DNA of 15,479 nt from Candidatus Iainarchaeum sp. (GCA_030649345.1 JAUSKK010000030.1:1-15479), one strand, 5' to 3'; shown: positions 6,698-13,540, counted from the first letter of the stretch. The notes: generated by a model not told the origin, from the sequence alone. A program made the numbers and translations.

Positions 6698-6838
6698 TTA
6701 TTTTTTTCTTTTTTCGTGATCGTCAACCAAGCGGTTAATTATTTCGTCATAGGTTTCATCTTTTTTACCCAATTCGCGTAATCTTTCTCGTGTTTCAGGC
6801 GTTAATTGAATAGTTGTGATTTGCTTGCTTGACGGCAT
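6698..6838 (-). CDS. 46-aa ribbon-helix-helix (CopG/VapB-like) protein, absent from the supplied ORF track
   Basis: Hand translation: MPSSKQITTIQLTPETRERLRELGKKDETYDEIINRLVDDHEKRKK. It shows a beta-strand, helix-turn-helix RHH pattern with a basic tail and lies 25 nt downstream of the TrmB-like gene. Confidence 0.6.
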   Translation of the reverse strand: MPSSKQITTIQLTPETRERLRELGKKDETYDEIINRLVDDHEKRKK

Positions 6839-6863
6839 GAACTATATGCGGAACATAGAGCTT

Positions 6864-7379
6864 TTAAAGTTGCCTTCTTCCATTGAAAACTAGTTGTTTC
6901 TCACTTTCAGGTATTTCTTTAATTTTTTGTTCAATTCGTTGTTTGAGTTCTATTAATTCTTTGTAATTGCTGGCTTCTTGCATGGTTGTTTGATTAATAA
7001 GTTTAGTTTGATTGCCATTTCCAATTTTTATTACGTATTCTATTGAATGGCCATTGGAAGTATTTAGAATTACTTGTTCTAGTTTTTGTTTGCGTTCATT
7101 TAGTACTTTAGTTTTTGCAATTTGTTCAAATGCTTTGATTGGGTCACTGCAAAAGTAGCTGGCCGGCATTGAATTGGTTTTCTTTATCAATCCATTTTTT
7201 TCTAAGTTTATTAGTGCATAATAAACTGTAGCCGGTTGCAGTTGTGTTTCTTTTTGTATTACTATTGCAGTCTTTACATCACTTGTGAGTAAACTTAGGT
7301 AGACTTTAGCAATACTTTTGCTGAATTGCTCAAGTATACCTTTGTAGCTAGCTATCACTAGCTTGAGGTTTTCATCCAT
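6864..7379 (-). CDS. TrmB-family winged-helix transcriptional regulator
   Basis: N-terminal HTH_TrmB-like pattern AKVYLSLLTSDVKTAIVIQKETQLQPATVYYALINLEKNGLIKK...PASYFCSDP, followed by a coiled-coil-like C-terminus. Confidence 0.7.
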   Translation of the reverse strand: MDENLKLVIASYKGILEQFSKSIAKVYLSLLTSDVKTAIVIQKETQLQPATVYYALINLEKNGLIKKTNSMPASYFCSDPIKAFEQIAKTKVLNERKQKLEQVILNTSNGHSIEYVIKIGNGNQTKLINQTTMQEASNYKELIELKQRIEQKIKEIPESEKQLVFNGRRQL

Positions 7380-7444
7380 TTCTCTTCACTCTCTTTTAAC
7401 TCAACAACTATACTATTATGTATAAAACTCGTTAATATGACTGC

Positions 7445-7486
7445 GGTTGAATAAGAATCAACTAATTGGTTGAACTTATTTCAACC
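7445..7486. promoter_or_regulatory. Cluster of GGTTGAA half-sites (direct and inverted) upstream of the TrmB-like gene
   Basis: GGTTGAATAAG (7445-7455), TCAAC (7458-7462), GGTTGAACTTA (7468-7478) and CTTATTTCAACC (7475-7486), the last being the reverse complement of the first plus one extra T. Confidence 0.4.
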
Positions 7487-7521
7487 ACTCAGATATTAAT
7501 GTCTTGAAACTTATTGAGCAC

Positions 7522-7579
7522 GAGTGTGAGTGTGCGCTCAACAACAGCGAGTTATTTACTCTCTGGCACACTCGCACTC
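7522..7579 (+). other. GC-rich stem-loop (14-bp stem, 29-nt interior); candidate small RNA or 3'-end structure
   Basis: GAGTGTGAGTGTGC (7522-7535) pairs with GCACACTCGCACTC (7566-7579): 13 Watson-Crick pairs plus one G-T. On the plus strand ATATTAAT (7493-7500) lies about 26 nt upstream and T7 (7592-7598) lies downstream. Confidence 0.35.
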
Positions 7580-7612
7580 AAAATAAGGTCATTTTTTTGT
7601 CCTTATTTGTCC

Positions 7613-8773
7613 TTATTGCCTTTTCAGAAAATCTTGCAGCAAAGGTACTGAAAAAGCATAATATCCTCTTTGTGCCCTGTAAATTAATCCCTTATCAATT
7701 AGGCGAACCAAATATTTTTGCATTAGCATGTAATTAAGTTTCATTTTTTTACTAATATATTTGGCTGGAATTTCTTTTTCTTTGCAAGTTGCCATTGCAA
7801 GTAATGCTTTCTTTTCCATTGCAGACGCAAGATTAAATCTGTCTTCAAAGAAACTTTTATCCAACATTTTCAAAAGCTTGTTTTTATTTTGCACTAAATC
7901 GGATTGCAGTACGTTAGCTTTTTTCGCGTTATCCGCTAAAAAGTAACCATAAAATTGCAAAAAATACGGATAACCCTGAGTCTCTTCAATTACTTGACTG
8001 ACTAATTTGCTCTCAAATTTGTACTCAGTTTTCTTTAATGGTTCAGTTAATGCCTTTTCTGCTTCCAATTCGTCAAGGTTTCCAACTTCTTGATAGTTAA
8101 ACATTCTTTCAGTGTATGTTTTTGCTTCTTTAAGATTTGTTTTCAACGCAGGCAAACCAGACAAACATAGAACATATCTGCAACCTTCTCTTTGCACTTG
8201 TGCAATCGCACTTAGCAAACTTGATAGTACGTATTGTTGATCTTCTTTTTTGTCTTTTACTAAATGAAATTCATCGTACAATAATACTACTCCTTTTTTG
8301 TTGGATTTTTCAAAAACTGGCCAATTGGATTCCAGTAATTCTTTCAAGTAATCTTCTAACACTTCTCTTTTTTCTCCATGATACGGTTTATAGGTTATTC
8401 CATAACCAGACAGTTCTTCAACTTTTAGGCTTTCAATTAATTTTTTTCCAGTTTCTTCAATTTTCTTTTTAATAGATACTTCGGCAGCCATTGCAATTAA
8501 GTCTTTTCCAAATACTTGTGCAAATTCAGTTTCATTACAGTAACGTTCGTTAAATTCTCTGTCCATAAACAGCCAGTTATTTGTTTCCGCAAGTATTTTA
8601 TAATGTCTAAGCAAAACTGTTTTCCCTGTTCCGCGTAAACCGTATACTACAATGTTTCTTGGCAGACCTTCTTCTGTTTCTTTTAAAGATTTAATGAATT
8701 CTTGAATGTATTCTTGCCTTCCTGCTAAATATGCTGGTTCAATTCCGTTTCCAGGGGTAAAAGGATTTCTCAT
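7613..8773 (-). CDS. Arch_ATPase-type (PF01637-like) AAA+ ATPase with C-terminal winged helix
   Basis: N-terminus NPFTPGNGIEPAYLAGRQEY, Walker A GLRGTGKT (nt 8618-8641), Walker B VVLLYDEFH, C-terminal wHTH ...LIDKGLIYRAQRGYYAFSVPLLQDFL. The ATG overlaps the upstream stop (ATGA). Confidence 0.75.
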   Translation of the reverse strand: MRNPFTPGNGIEPAYLAGRQEYIQEFIKSLKETEEGLPRNIVVYGLRGTGKTVLLRHYKILAETNNWLFMDREFNERYCNETEFAQVFGKDLIAMAAEVSIKKKIEETGKKLIESLKVEELSGYGITYKPYHGEKREVLEDYLKELLESNWPVFEKSNKKGVVLLYDEFHLVKDKKEDQQYVLSSLLSAIAQVQREGCRYVLCLSGLPALKTNLKEAKTYTERMFNYQEVGNLDELEAEKALTEPLKKTEYKFESKLVSQVIEETQGYPYFLQFYGYFLADNAKKANVLQSDLVQNKNKLLKMLDKSFFEDRFNLASAMEKKALLAMATCKEKEIPAKYISKKMKLNYMLMQKYLVRLIDKGLIYRAQRGYYAFSVPLLQDFLKRQ

Positions 8774-11013
8774 GCAAACAACTCGTTTATTTTTGAAATA
8801 ACTTCAGTTCGTTTTAGTGTATTGCCTAGTTTTTCATACTCCGTTTTCAGGTCTTTATTTGTTACAACAAAATACCAGTCATCTGAAGTTTTTTGCAATT
8901 GATTTAGTTTTGTTTGAATATCTTCTTTTTTTGCTTTCAAAAGCTGGCCTGTTTCAATTTCAAATGCAATGCGCTTGTTTTTAGCAGTAAAGATTATGTC
9001 AGGATTTACCGATTGATAGCGTTCTAGTTCATTTGTATATTTTTTGAGTTCTTGAAAAATAAGTTCACATAACAGATAATGGTTTGCTCCTTCTTTTCCT
9101 GTGTCTTTCCTTACAAAATAGGTGTGTCCTTTTCCTTCGCCAAATCCAGATTCTCGAATTTCATTCCAGCCTGCTGTTTTTAGTATTTCAATTTCTTCAT
9201 TTGTAAGTTTTTTCTTTTTCCAATAATTTCGTTCAAACAAATTTCTGGGCCCTACTGTTGGTGTTTCTTGTAGTTGTTTTAGTTGTTCCTTTGCGGTCAA
9301 TTCTTCTGGATTTGTGGTTATAATTTGGTGTTCTTGTTTGCTTGCAATTATTTTGATAGGAATTCGATCATTCATTGCTAATAACAGGCCAGTTCCGGGT
9401 GTGCTTGTTAGAATGAAGTTTTGTTCTGTTTGCTTTAATCCAAACTTTTGTGTAATGTCTTGAATTACACTTGCTTCTTGTCTGAGTAATACTTTCCAAC
9501 TGGTATTTGCCAGGACTGAGTTTCCTGCTTTTGTATGCAATAAATCATTTACTTCTTGGGTTAGAATCAATAGTCCTGTTCCAAATTTTCTGGCAGTTTT
9601 GCATATTTTAAATAAGTATTCTGCTTGCTCTCCATATTTAAGCAAACTCCAAGCTTCATCTACCACAATTAGTTTTCGTTCTTTGTTTTTTTGAACTTTT
9701 TCATACAAATAATCTAAAATCAAGAACATGATTACTGGTTTGACTTGTTCTGGCATTTCTTTAATATTAAAAGTGATCAAATTCTTTTCAAGATTTAATT
9801 TAGTTGGATTATTCAAGAAAGAAAACGATCCTTTGGCGTAAATTCTTAACCGGTTTAGCAATGCTTCATATGTTAGTTGCTGTATTTTTGAGCGTGTTTT
9901 CTTTTCTTCCTCTTCTAAAACCAAGTAAAGATCTTTTAGCATCGGAGGTGTCTTTTTCCATGTTTCTTGATTCTCTGGAGTAATTCCTTTTCTCAAATAC
10001 GTTTCGTGCAGTGATTTATCCAATATACTTCTTTGTACTTCAGTAAGTTCTCCAAACATGATTTTGAATAAATCCATTAAGGACAACAGTTTGTCTCCGA
10101 AATCTTTTCCCATCAAATCAAGCGGGTTAATAATTGTATTTGAATTTCGGCTGATTTCAATTATTTGTCCTTTGTAAGCATTTGTTAATTCCAAATATTC
10201 TCCTTGTGGGTCAATTACAAATGTTTTAGTTTCGTTTAAAAGATTTCTTAGAATATATAATTTTACAAAAAAGCTTTTTCCTGAACCACTTGAACCTAAT
10301 ACTAATCCATTATAGTTGGCAAATGTATATGGATTGAGGATAATCGGAATATTGTTTGTATAGTTAACTCCGAACATGATGCCTTTTTCTTGTGCGTTTA
10401 AGAAAGCAGTTGTAAAAGGAAAGCAAGCAGCTAATGCACTACTTGAAATATTTCTTTTCATTTTAAGTTTATCTTGCGCTAAAGGCAGAACTGATTGAAG
10501 TGCAGGTTGTTGTTTCAAATAAGGTGTTTTTGGAATAATCATTATTGCATTCAATTCGCTTTCAATTTTCCTGCTCAATAATTCTAGTTCTTGTTTGTTT
10601 TTTGCTCGCGCATTCAAGTATAAACTGAAATTGAATAATTTTTCGTCACCTCTTTGCAAGTTTTCAAGCATTCTATAAGTGTCTTCATATTGAAGTTTCA
10701 ATGAAGGACTTACAATGCCTTTACTTTCACTTGCAATAACATCCGAACGCTGTTTAATCAATTCACGATTTAACTGTTCCAAAACTGTGTTAATGCATTG
10801 TGGTTCAATATGCAATGTAACGTCAAAATTCCCAGGACTTGCTACAATTGCATTTAGCCAGCCTTCTTTTATGAAACGTGGATAACCTACAGCCATTTCT
10901 ACACGATTAAGGGACTGATTGAGAACAATGTGATCATACTTATTCTGCATTTTTGAGGGCTTTAATAGTGCCATCAATTTGGACGCTGTTTGTGGACTTA
11001 ACGAACTAGGCAT
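8770..11013 (-). CDS. VirB4/TraE/ConE-family conjugation ATPase lacking the first ~200 aa of the usual N-domain and carrying an extra C-terminal PD-(D/E)xK-like domain
   Basis: GYPRFIKEGWL...DVTLHIEP (VirB4 N-domain second half), EKLFNFSLYL, Walker A GSSGSGKS (res 240-247, nt 10273-10296), IDPQGEY, INPLD, Walker B LIVVDEAWSLL (D452/E453, nt 9655-9660), RKFGTGLLILTQE. The C-terminal ~158 aa (nt 8773-9246) contain H645, E650, PD672 and E685-I-E687. Confidence 0.85.
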   Translation of the reverse strand: MPSSLSPQTASKLMALLKPSKMQNKYDHIVLNQSLNRVEMAVGYPRFIKEGWLNAIVASPGNFDVTLHIEPQCINTVLEQLNRELIKQRSDVIASESKGIVSPSLKLQYEDTYRMLENLQRGDEKLFNFSLYLNARAKNKQELELLSRKIESELNAIMIIPKTPYLKQQPALQSVLPLAQDKLKMKRNISSSALAACFPFTTAFLNAQEKGIMFGVNYTNNIPIILNPYTFANYNGLVLGSSGSGKSFFVKLYILRNLLNETKTFVIDPQGEYLELTNAYKGQIIEISRNSNTIINPLDLMGKDFGDKLLSLMDLFKIMFGELTEVQRSILDKSLHETYLRKGITPENQETWKKTPPMLKDLYLVLEEEEKKTRSKIQQLTYEALLNRLRIYAKGSFSFLNNPTKLNLEKNLITFNIKEMPEQVKPVIMFLILDYLYEKVQKNKERKLIVVDEAWSLLKYGEQAEYLFKICKTARKFGTGLLILTQEVNDLLHTKAGNSVLANTSWKVLLRQEASVIQDITQKFGLKQTEQNFILTSTPGTGLLLAMNDRIPIKIIASKQEHQIITTNPEELTAKEQLKQLQETPTVGPRNLFERNYWKKKKLTNEEIEILKTAGWNEIRESGFGEGKGHTYFVRKDTGKEGANHYLLCELIFQELKKYTNELERYQSVNPDIIFTAKNKRIAFEIETGQLLKAKKEDIQTKLNQLQKTSDDWYFVVTNKDLKTEYEKLGNTLKRTEVISKINELFA

Positions 11014-11035
11014 TTAAGAAATATTGCCTTTTTTC

Positions 11036-11068
11036 TTTATAACCTCTCGAGATTGAAATTCTATAGAA
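11036..11068 (-). promoter_or_regulatory. Promoter of the VirB4 operon: TATA box plus upstream palindrome
   Basis: TTATAAA (minus-strand reading of 11036-11042) is centred 26 nt from the ATG at 11013. TTCTATAGAA (11059-11068) is centred 50.5 nt from it. Confidence 0.55.
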
Positions 11069-11271
11069 ACTATACTGTGCTATTTTATACTATTGTCTAA
11101 CAATATCAGAATATAGCTTTTTTACAAAATGTTGTTATTATTAAAATGATAAAAAAATAAAATGCTTAAAAATGGCAAATTTATGGCTTTTTTAGAAGAT
11201 AATTTTTATTAATTAAAAAAAGGAACATTTAAAAACTTATACGCGCCAGAATTATTTAGTGATAGTTTAAA

Positions 11272-11490
11272 ATGGATGACGAAAAATTAAACGCAATAAT
11301 TAGAAGACTTGATGCTACTATCGTTGTCTTGTTAAATCAAGACAAAATGCAAGCAATGAATCTAAAAGAGAAAGTTATTGCATTATCTAATACTGGTTTA
11401 AAGGATCCTGAAATTGCGACAATGCTTGGAATTAAAGCTGTTACGGTTCGGGCTATAAAAAGTAAAGAACGGAGTGATAAAAATGGATGA
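11272..11490 (+). CDS. Small HTH protein (sigma-70 region 4/LuxR-like helix-turn-helix), paralog 1
   Basis: 72 aa with an N-terminal helix LNAIIRRLDATIVVLL, then LSNTGLKDPEIATMLGIKAVTVRAIKSK (GL.d.EIA..LG....V pattern). Confidence 0.6.
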   Translation: MDDEKLNAIIRRLDATIVVLLNQDKMQAMNLKEKVIALSNTGLKDPEIATMLGIKAVTVRAIKSKERSDKNG

Positions 11491-11695
11491 ATCTAAAATT
11501 ACTGAAAAGCTTAATACAATTATTAATTTACTTGCGTTACATGTTGTAAAAAAAACAGAATATGCTGAGCAAGTAAGATTATTAATGATTTCGGGGTTAC
11601 GCGATGTTGAAATTGCAAAAATTTTAGGAAAAACAAGGAACAATGTTGCTGTAACTATGAGTAAGCTAAGAAAGATGGGTACTAAGGCAAAATAG
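11483..11695 (+). CDS. Small HTH protein, paralog 2
   Basis: MDESKITEKLNTIINLLALHVV...ISGLRDVEIAKILGKTRNNVAVTMSKLRK parallels paralog 1 (MDDEKLNAII...). The ATG at 11483 is preceded by GGAGTGA and overlaps the upstream stop. The ORF track uses a GTG at 11474. Confidence 0.6.
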   Translation: MDESKITEKLNTIINLLALHVVKKTEYAEQVRLLMISGLRDVEIAKILGKTRNNVAVTMSKLRKMGTKAK

Positions 11696-11709
11696 TAATT
11701 GGTGACAAT

Positions 11710-11979
11710 ATGGAAAAATCAGATAGTGAACTCTTAAAAAAAATTCTCGAAAAAATTGAATTTATTGCAAAACAATACTCTTATAAATTGCTTGAAGAGG
11801 AATTGTCAAATAAAAAATTAAAATTATTATATCAACATACTGGGAAGGGAATTCCGCGACCAAAACTTGAAAAAGTTACTGGGTTAAGTGCTGGTAAGAT
11901 ATCCGGTATTTGGGCTAAATGGGAAAGTAAAGGCCTCTTAAAAAAAGATGGTAAATCATATTACAAAATTTTTGAATGA
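11710..11979 (+). CDS. Small winged-helix DNA-binding protein, third member of the tandem set
   Basis: 89 aa with N-terminal helix LLKKILEKIEFIAKQY, then PKLEKVTGLSAGKISGIWAKWESKGLLKKDGKSYYKI (HTH plus wing). GGTGA lies 6 nt upstream of the ATG. Confidence 0.55.
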   Translation: MEKSDSELLKKILEKIEFIAKQYSYKLLEEELSNKKLKLLYQHTGKGIPRPKLEKVTGLSAGKISGIWAKWESKGLLKKDGKSYYKIFE

Positions 11980-12698
11980 TATTTATGGAAAAATTGAACG
12001 CAAAGAAAAAAATTATTAAAAAAATTGCTACAAAAACGCATCAGAAGGAAAGTTCTATAAAAGTTAGAATTTCAGAGCTTGCATCTAATCATCCCGGATT
12101 GACATGGTTTTCAAAAGCGTACTTATATGCAAAAGAAAAAAATGTTAATATTCTGAGTTTGATTCCAATTAATGACCGAAAAAACTTACCTAGTAAAATT
12201 GAAGTGGAACGACAACCAATAAAAGTTAAAGAAAAGGCCAATAAGCAACGGCAAAAAATACCAATAATTTTTGCGCCATATTGTGATGATCTTTTTGTTA
12301 ATGCACATTTTAACGAATTAAATAAATCAATCTATTATGGTTGTTTTACATCGGCAACTATCTTGAGTCGAAAAATTATTGAAAATAGGTTAATTGAATT
12401 TTTACGCAAGCACTACTCAAGTGACGTCACATTATATTTTAATTCTACAAAGAACAGAATGCAGGATTTTAATACTATATTAACCAATTTACAAAATAAA
12501 TCTAAGGAATTTGGACCTGATCAATCACTTATAAACTCACTAGTTACAAGATGTCATAAATTTAGAGAGCAAGCAAATGGAAATACCCATTCCTTTTTTG
12601 AAATCGTTCGAACAAAAAAAGAATTCGAATCACACAACACGGATCAAATATTTAGTTTACTTGATAAGGTAACTTTAATTCAGCCAAAGAAACTTTAG
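11976..12698 (+). CDS. Protein with a C-terminal DUF4145-like domain, unknown function
   Basis: ELNKSIYYGCFTSATILSRKIIENRLIEFL ... KFREQANGNTHSF resembles the DUF4145 pattern (A..C...G.y.aa..l.R..lE ... R..GN...H). ATGA overlap with the upstream gene. Confidence 0.45.
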   Translation: MIFMEKLNAKKKIIKKIATKTHQKESSIKVRISELASNHPGLTWFSKAYLYAKEKNVNILSLIPINDRKNLPSKIEVERQPIKVKEKANKQRQKIPIIFAPYCDDLFVNAHFNELNKSIYYGCFTSATILSRKIIENRLIEFLRKHYSSDVTLYFNSTKNRMQDFNTILTNLQNKSKEFGPDQSLINSLVTRCHKFREQANGNTHSFFEIVRTKKEFESHNTDQIFSLLDKVTLIQPKKL

Positions 12699-12708
12699 TT
12701 GCCTACTT

Positions 12709-13536
12709 TTACTCACATAACTGAGTAAATACTGAAAAATAATCATTTTCCACTTCAATAAATCCCTCGAAAAAGCTTGCTAGTAGTGTGGTTAGTTCTT
12801 GGTCGTTTAATTGTTTTGATAACAGAGCTGCTTTTTGTATTTTTTCTTTGCATAGTTGAACTCTTACAGTAAGCTGATTTAAGTCTAATTCTTCATTTTT
12901 TGTTTTTTCAACTGGAATAACTACATAAAATAATCGATTTTTTACTTTGTTGTCTGTGATGTATTCTTCTATGAATTTTTTCAATGATTCAAATTGTTCT
13001 AGTAGTTCTTGTTTATTTTGTTTTTTTACTCGATTTTCAAGTTCTCTTAAATATGCAATTACGTTCAAGTCTACTGTTCGCATTACGATTTGTATTGGAA
13101 AATCAAGTGAGTTTAGAAAATCTTTAAATGAGTGGATAACTGCTTTTTGTTCTGATTCGGATAGCATATCAAAGCTTATGGGTAAAACTTGCAGTATTGC
13201 TAACATTCTTCCGTGTGTATAAACTGCATTATTTTCAATTTTCTGCACATCCATAAATTTTTCCATTTTTTTGTCAAAATAACCTGCGTTTCGCATTGAC
13301 GTTAAATATTCTATTCCGTCTTTTAGTTTTCCCCAAGCGCCAACAAATGCAAACGCCCCGCCGGCAATAAACAAAAGTATTGTAATTAGAATTTTCCATT
13401 CAAAGGAAAGTTGCGTTTTTAGAAAAATAAATATTGTTGGAGTAACAAAGATCGCGAGCCAGAATAATTGTTTTGCTGTTAGCCCAAATACGATTTTTTC
13501 TTCGTACTTTAGATTTTGTGGTATTTCGTATGACAT
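12709..13536 (-). CDS. PrgI/VirB3-like two-TM anchor fused to the first part of a VirB4 N-terminal domain
   Basis: N-terminus YEIPQNLKYEEKIVFGLTAKQLFWL plus two TM helices (PrgI family pattern). The cytoplasmic part, VQKIENNAVYTHGRMLAILQVLPISFDMLSESEQKAVIHSFKDFLNSLDFPIQIVMRT, matches the start of VirB4/TrbE N-domains. Confidence 0.7.
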   Translation of the reverse strand: MSYEIPQNLKYEEKIVFGLTAKQLFWLAIFVTPTIFIFLKTQLSFEWKILITILLFIAGGAFAFVGAWGKLKDGIEYLTSMRNAGYFDKKMEKFMDVQKIENNAVYTHGRMLAILQVLPISFDMLSESEQKAVIHSFKDFLNSLDFPIQIVMRTVDLNVIAYLRELENRVKKQNKQELLEQFESLKKFIEEYITDNKVKNRLFYVVIPVEKTKNEELDLNQLTVRVQLCKEKIQKAALLSKQLNDQELTTLLASFFEGFIEVENDYFSVFTQLCE

Positions 13537-13540
13537 TTTT

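Noticed and set aside
7596-7615. Tandem 10-nt repeat TTTGTCCTTA x2 overlapping the AAA+ stop codon
   Set aside because: There are only two units and no further copies in the window. This may be a trivial slippage duplication and is too little to interpret.
7504-7737. 77-aa plus-strand ORF spanning the GC-rich hairpin
   Set aside because: It starts at a TTG, consists largely of the hairpin arms (HECECA/WHTRTQ mirror), and runs antisense into the AAA+ CDS. The region is better explained as non-coding structure.
7761-8472. Plus-strand ORFs 7761-7946 and 8137-8472
   Set aside because: Both are antisense shadows of the Arch_ATPase gene. Leu/Phe-rich translations are typical of the reverse frame of AT-rich genes.
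11126-11186. Repeated AAAATG / ATGGC words in the 258-bp divergent intergenic region (possible iterons or oriT)
   Set aside because: The spacing is irregular (17, 16, 10 and ~12 nt) and the words are short and AT-rich, so they are expected by chance in this composition. I found no convincing long inverted repeat or nick-site-like motif.
11398-11643. 81-aa minus-strand ORF across the two small HTH genes
   Set aside because: It is antisense to two paralogous ORFs that have SD and ATG contexts and recognisable HTH motifs.
12947-13222. 91-aa plus-strand ORF inside the PrgI-like gene
   Set aside because: It is an antisense shadow ORF.
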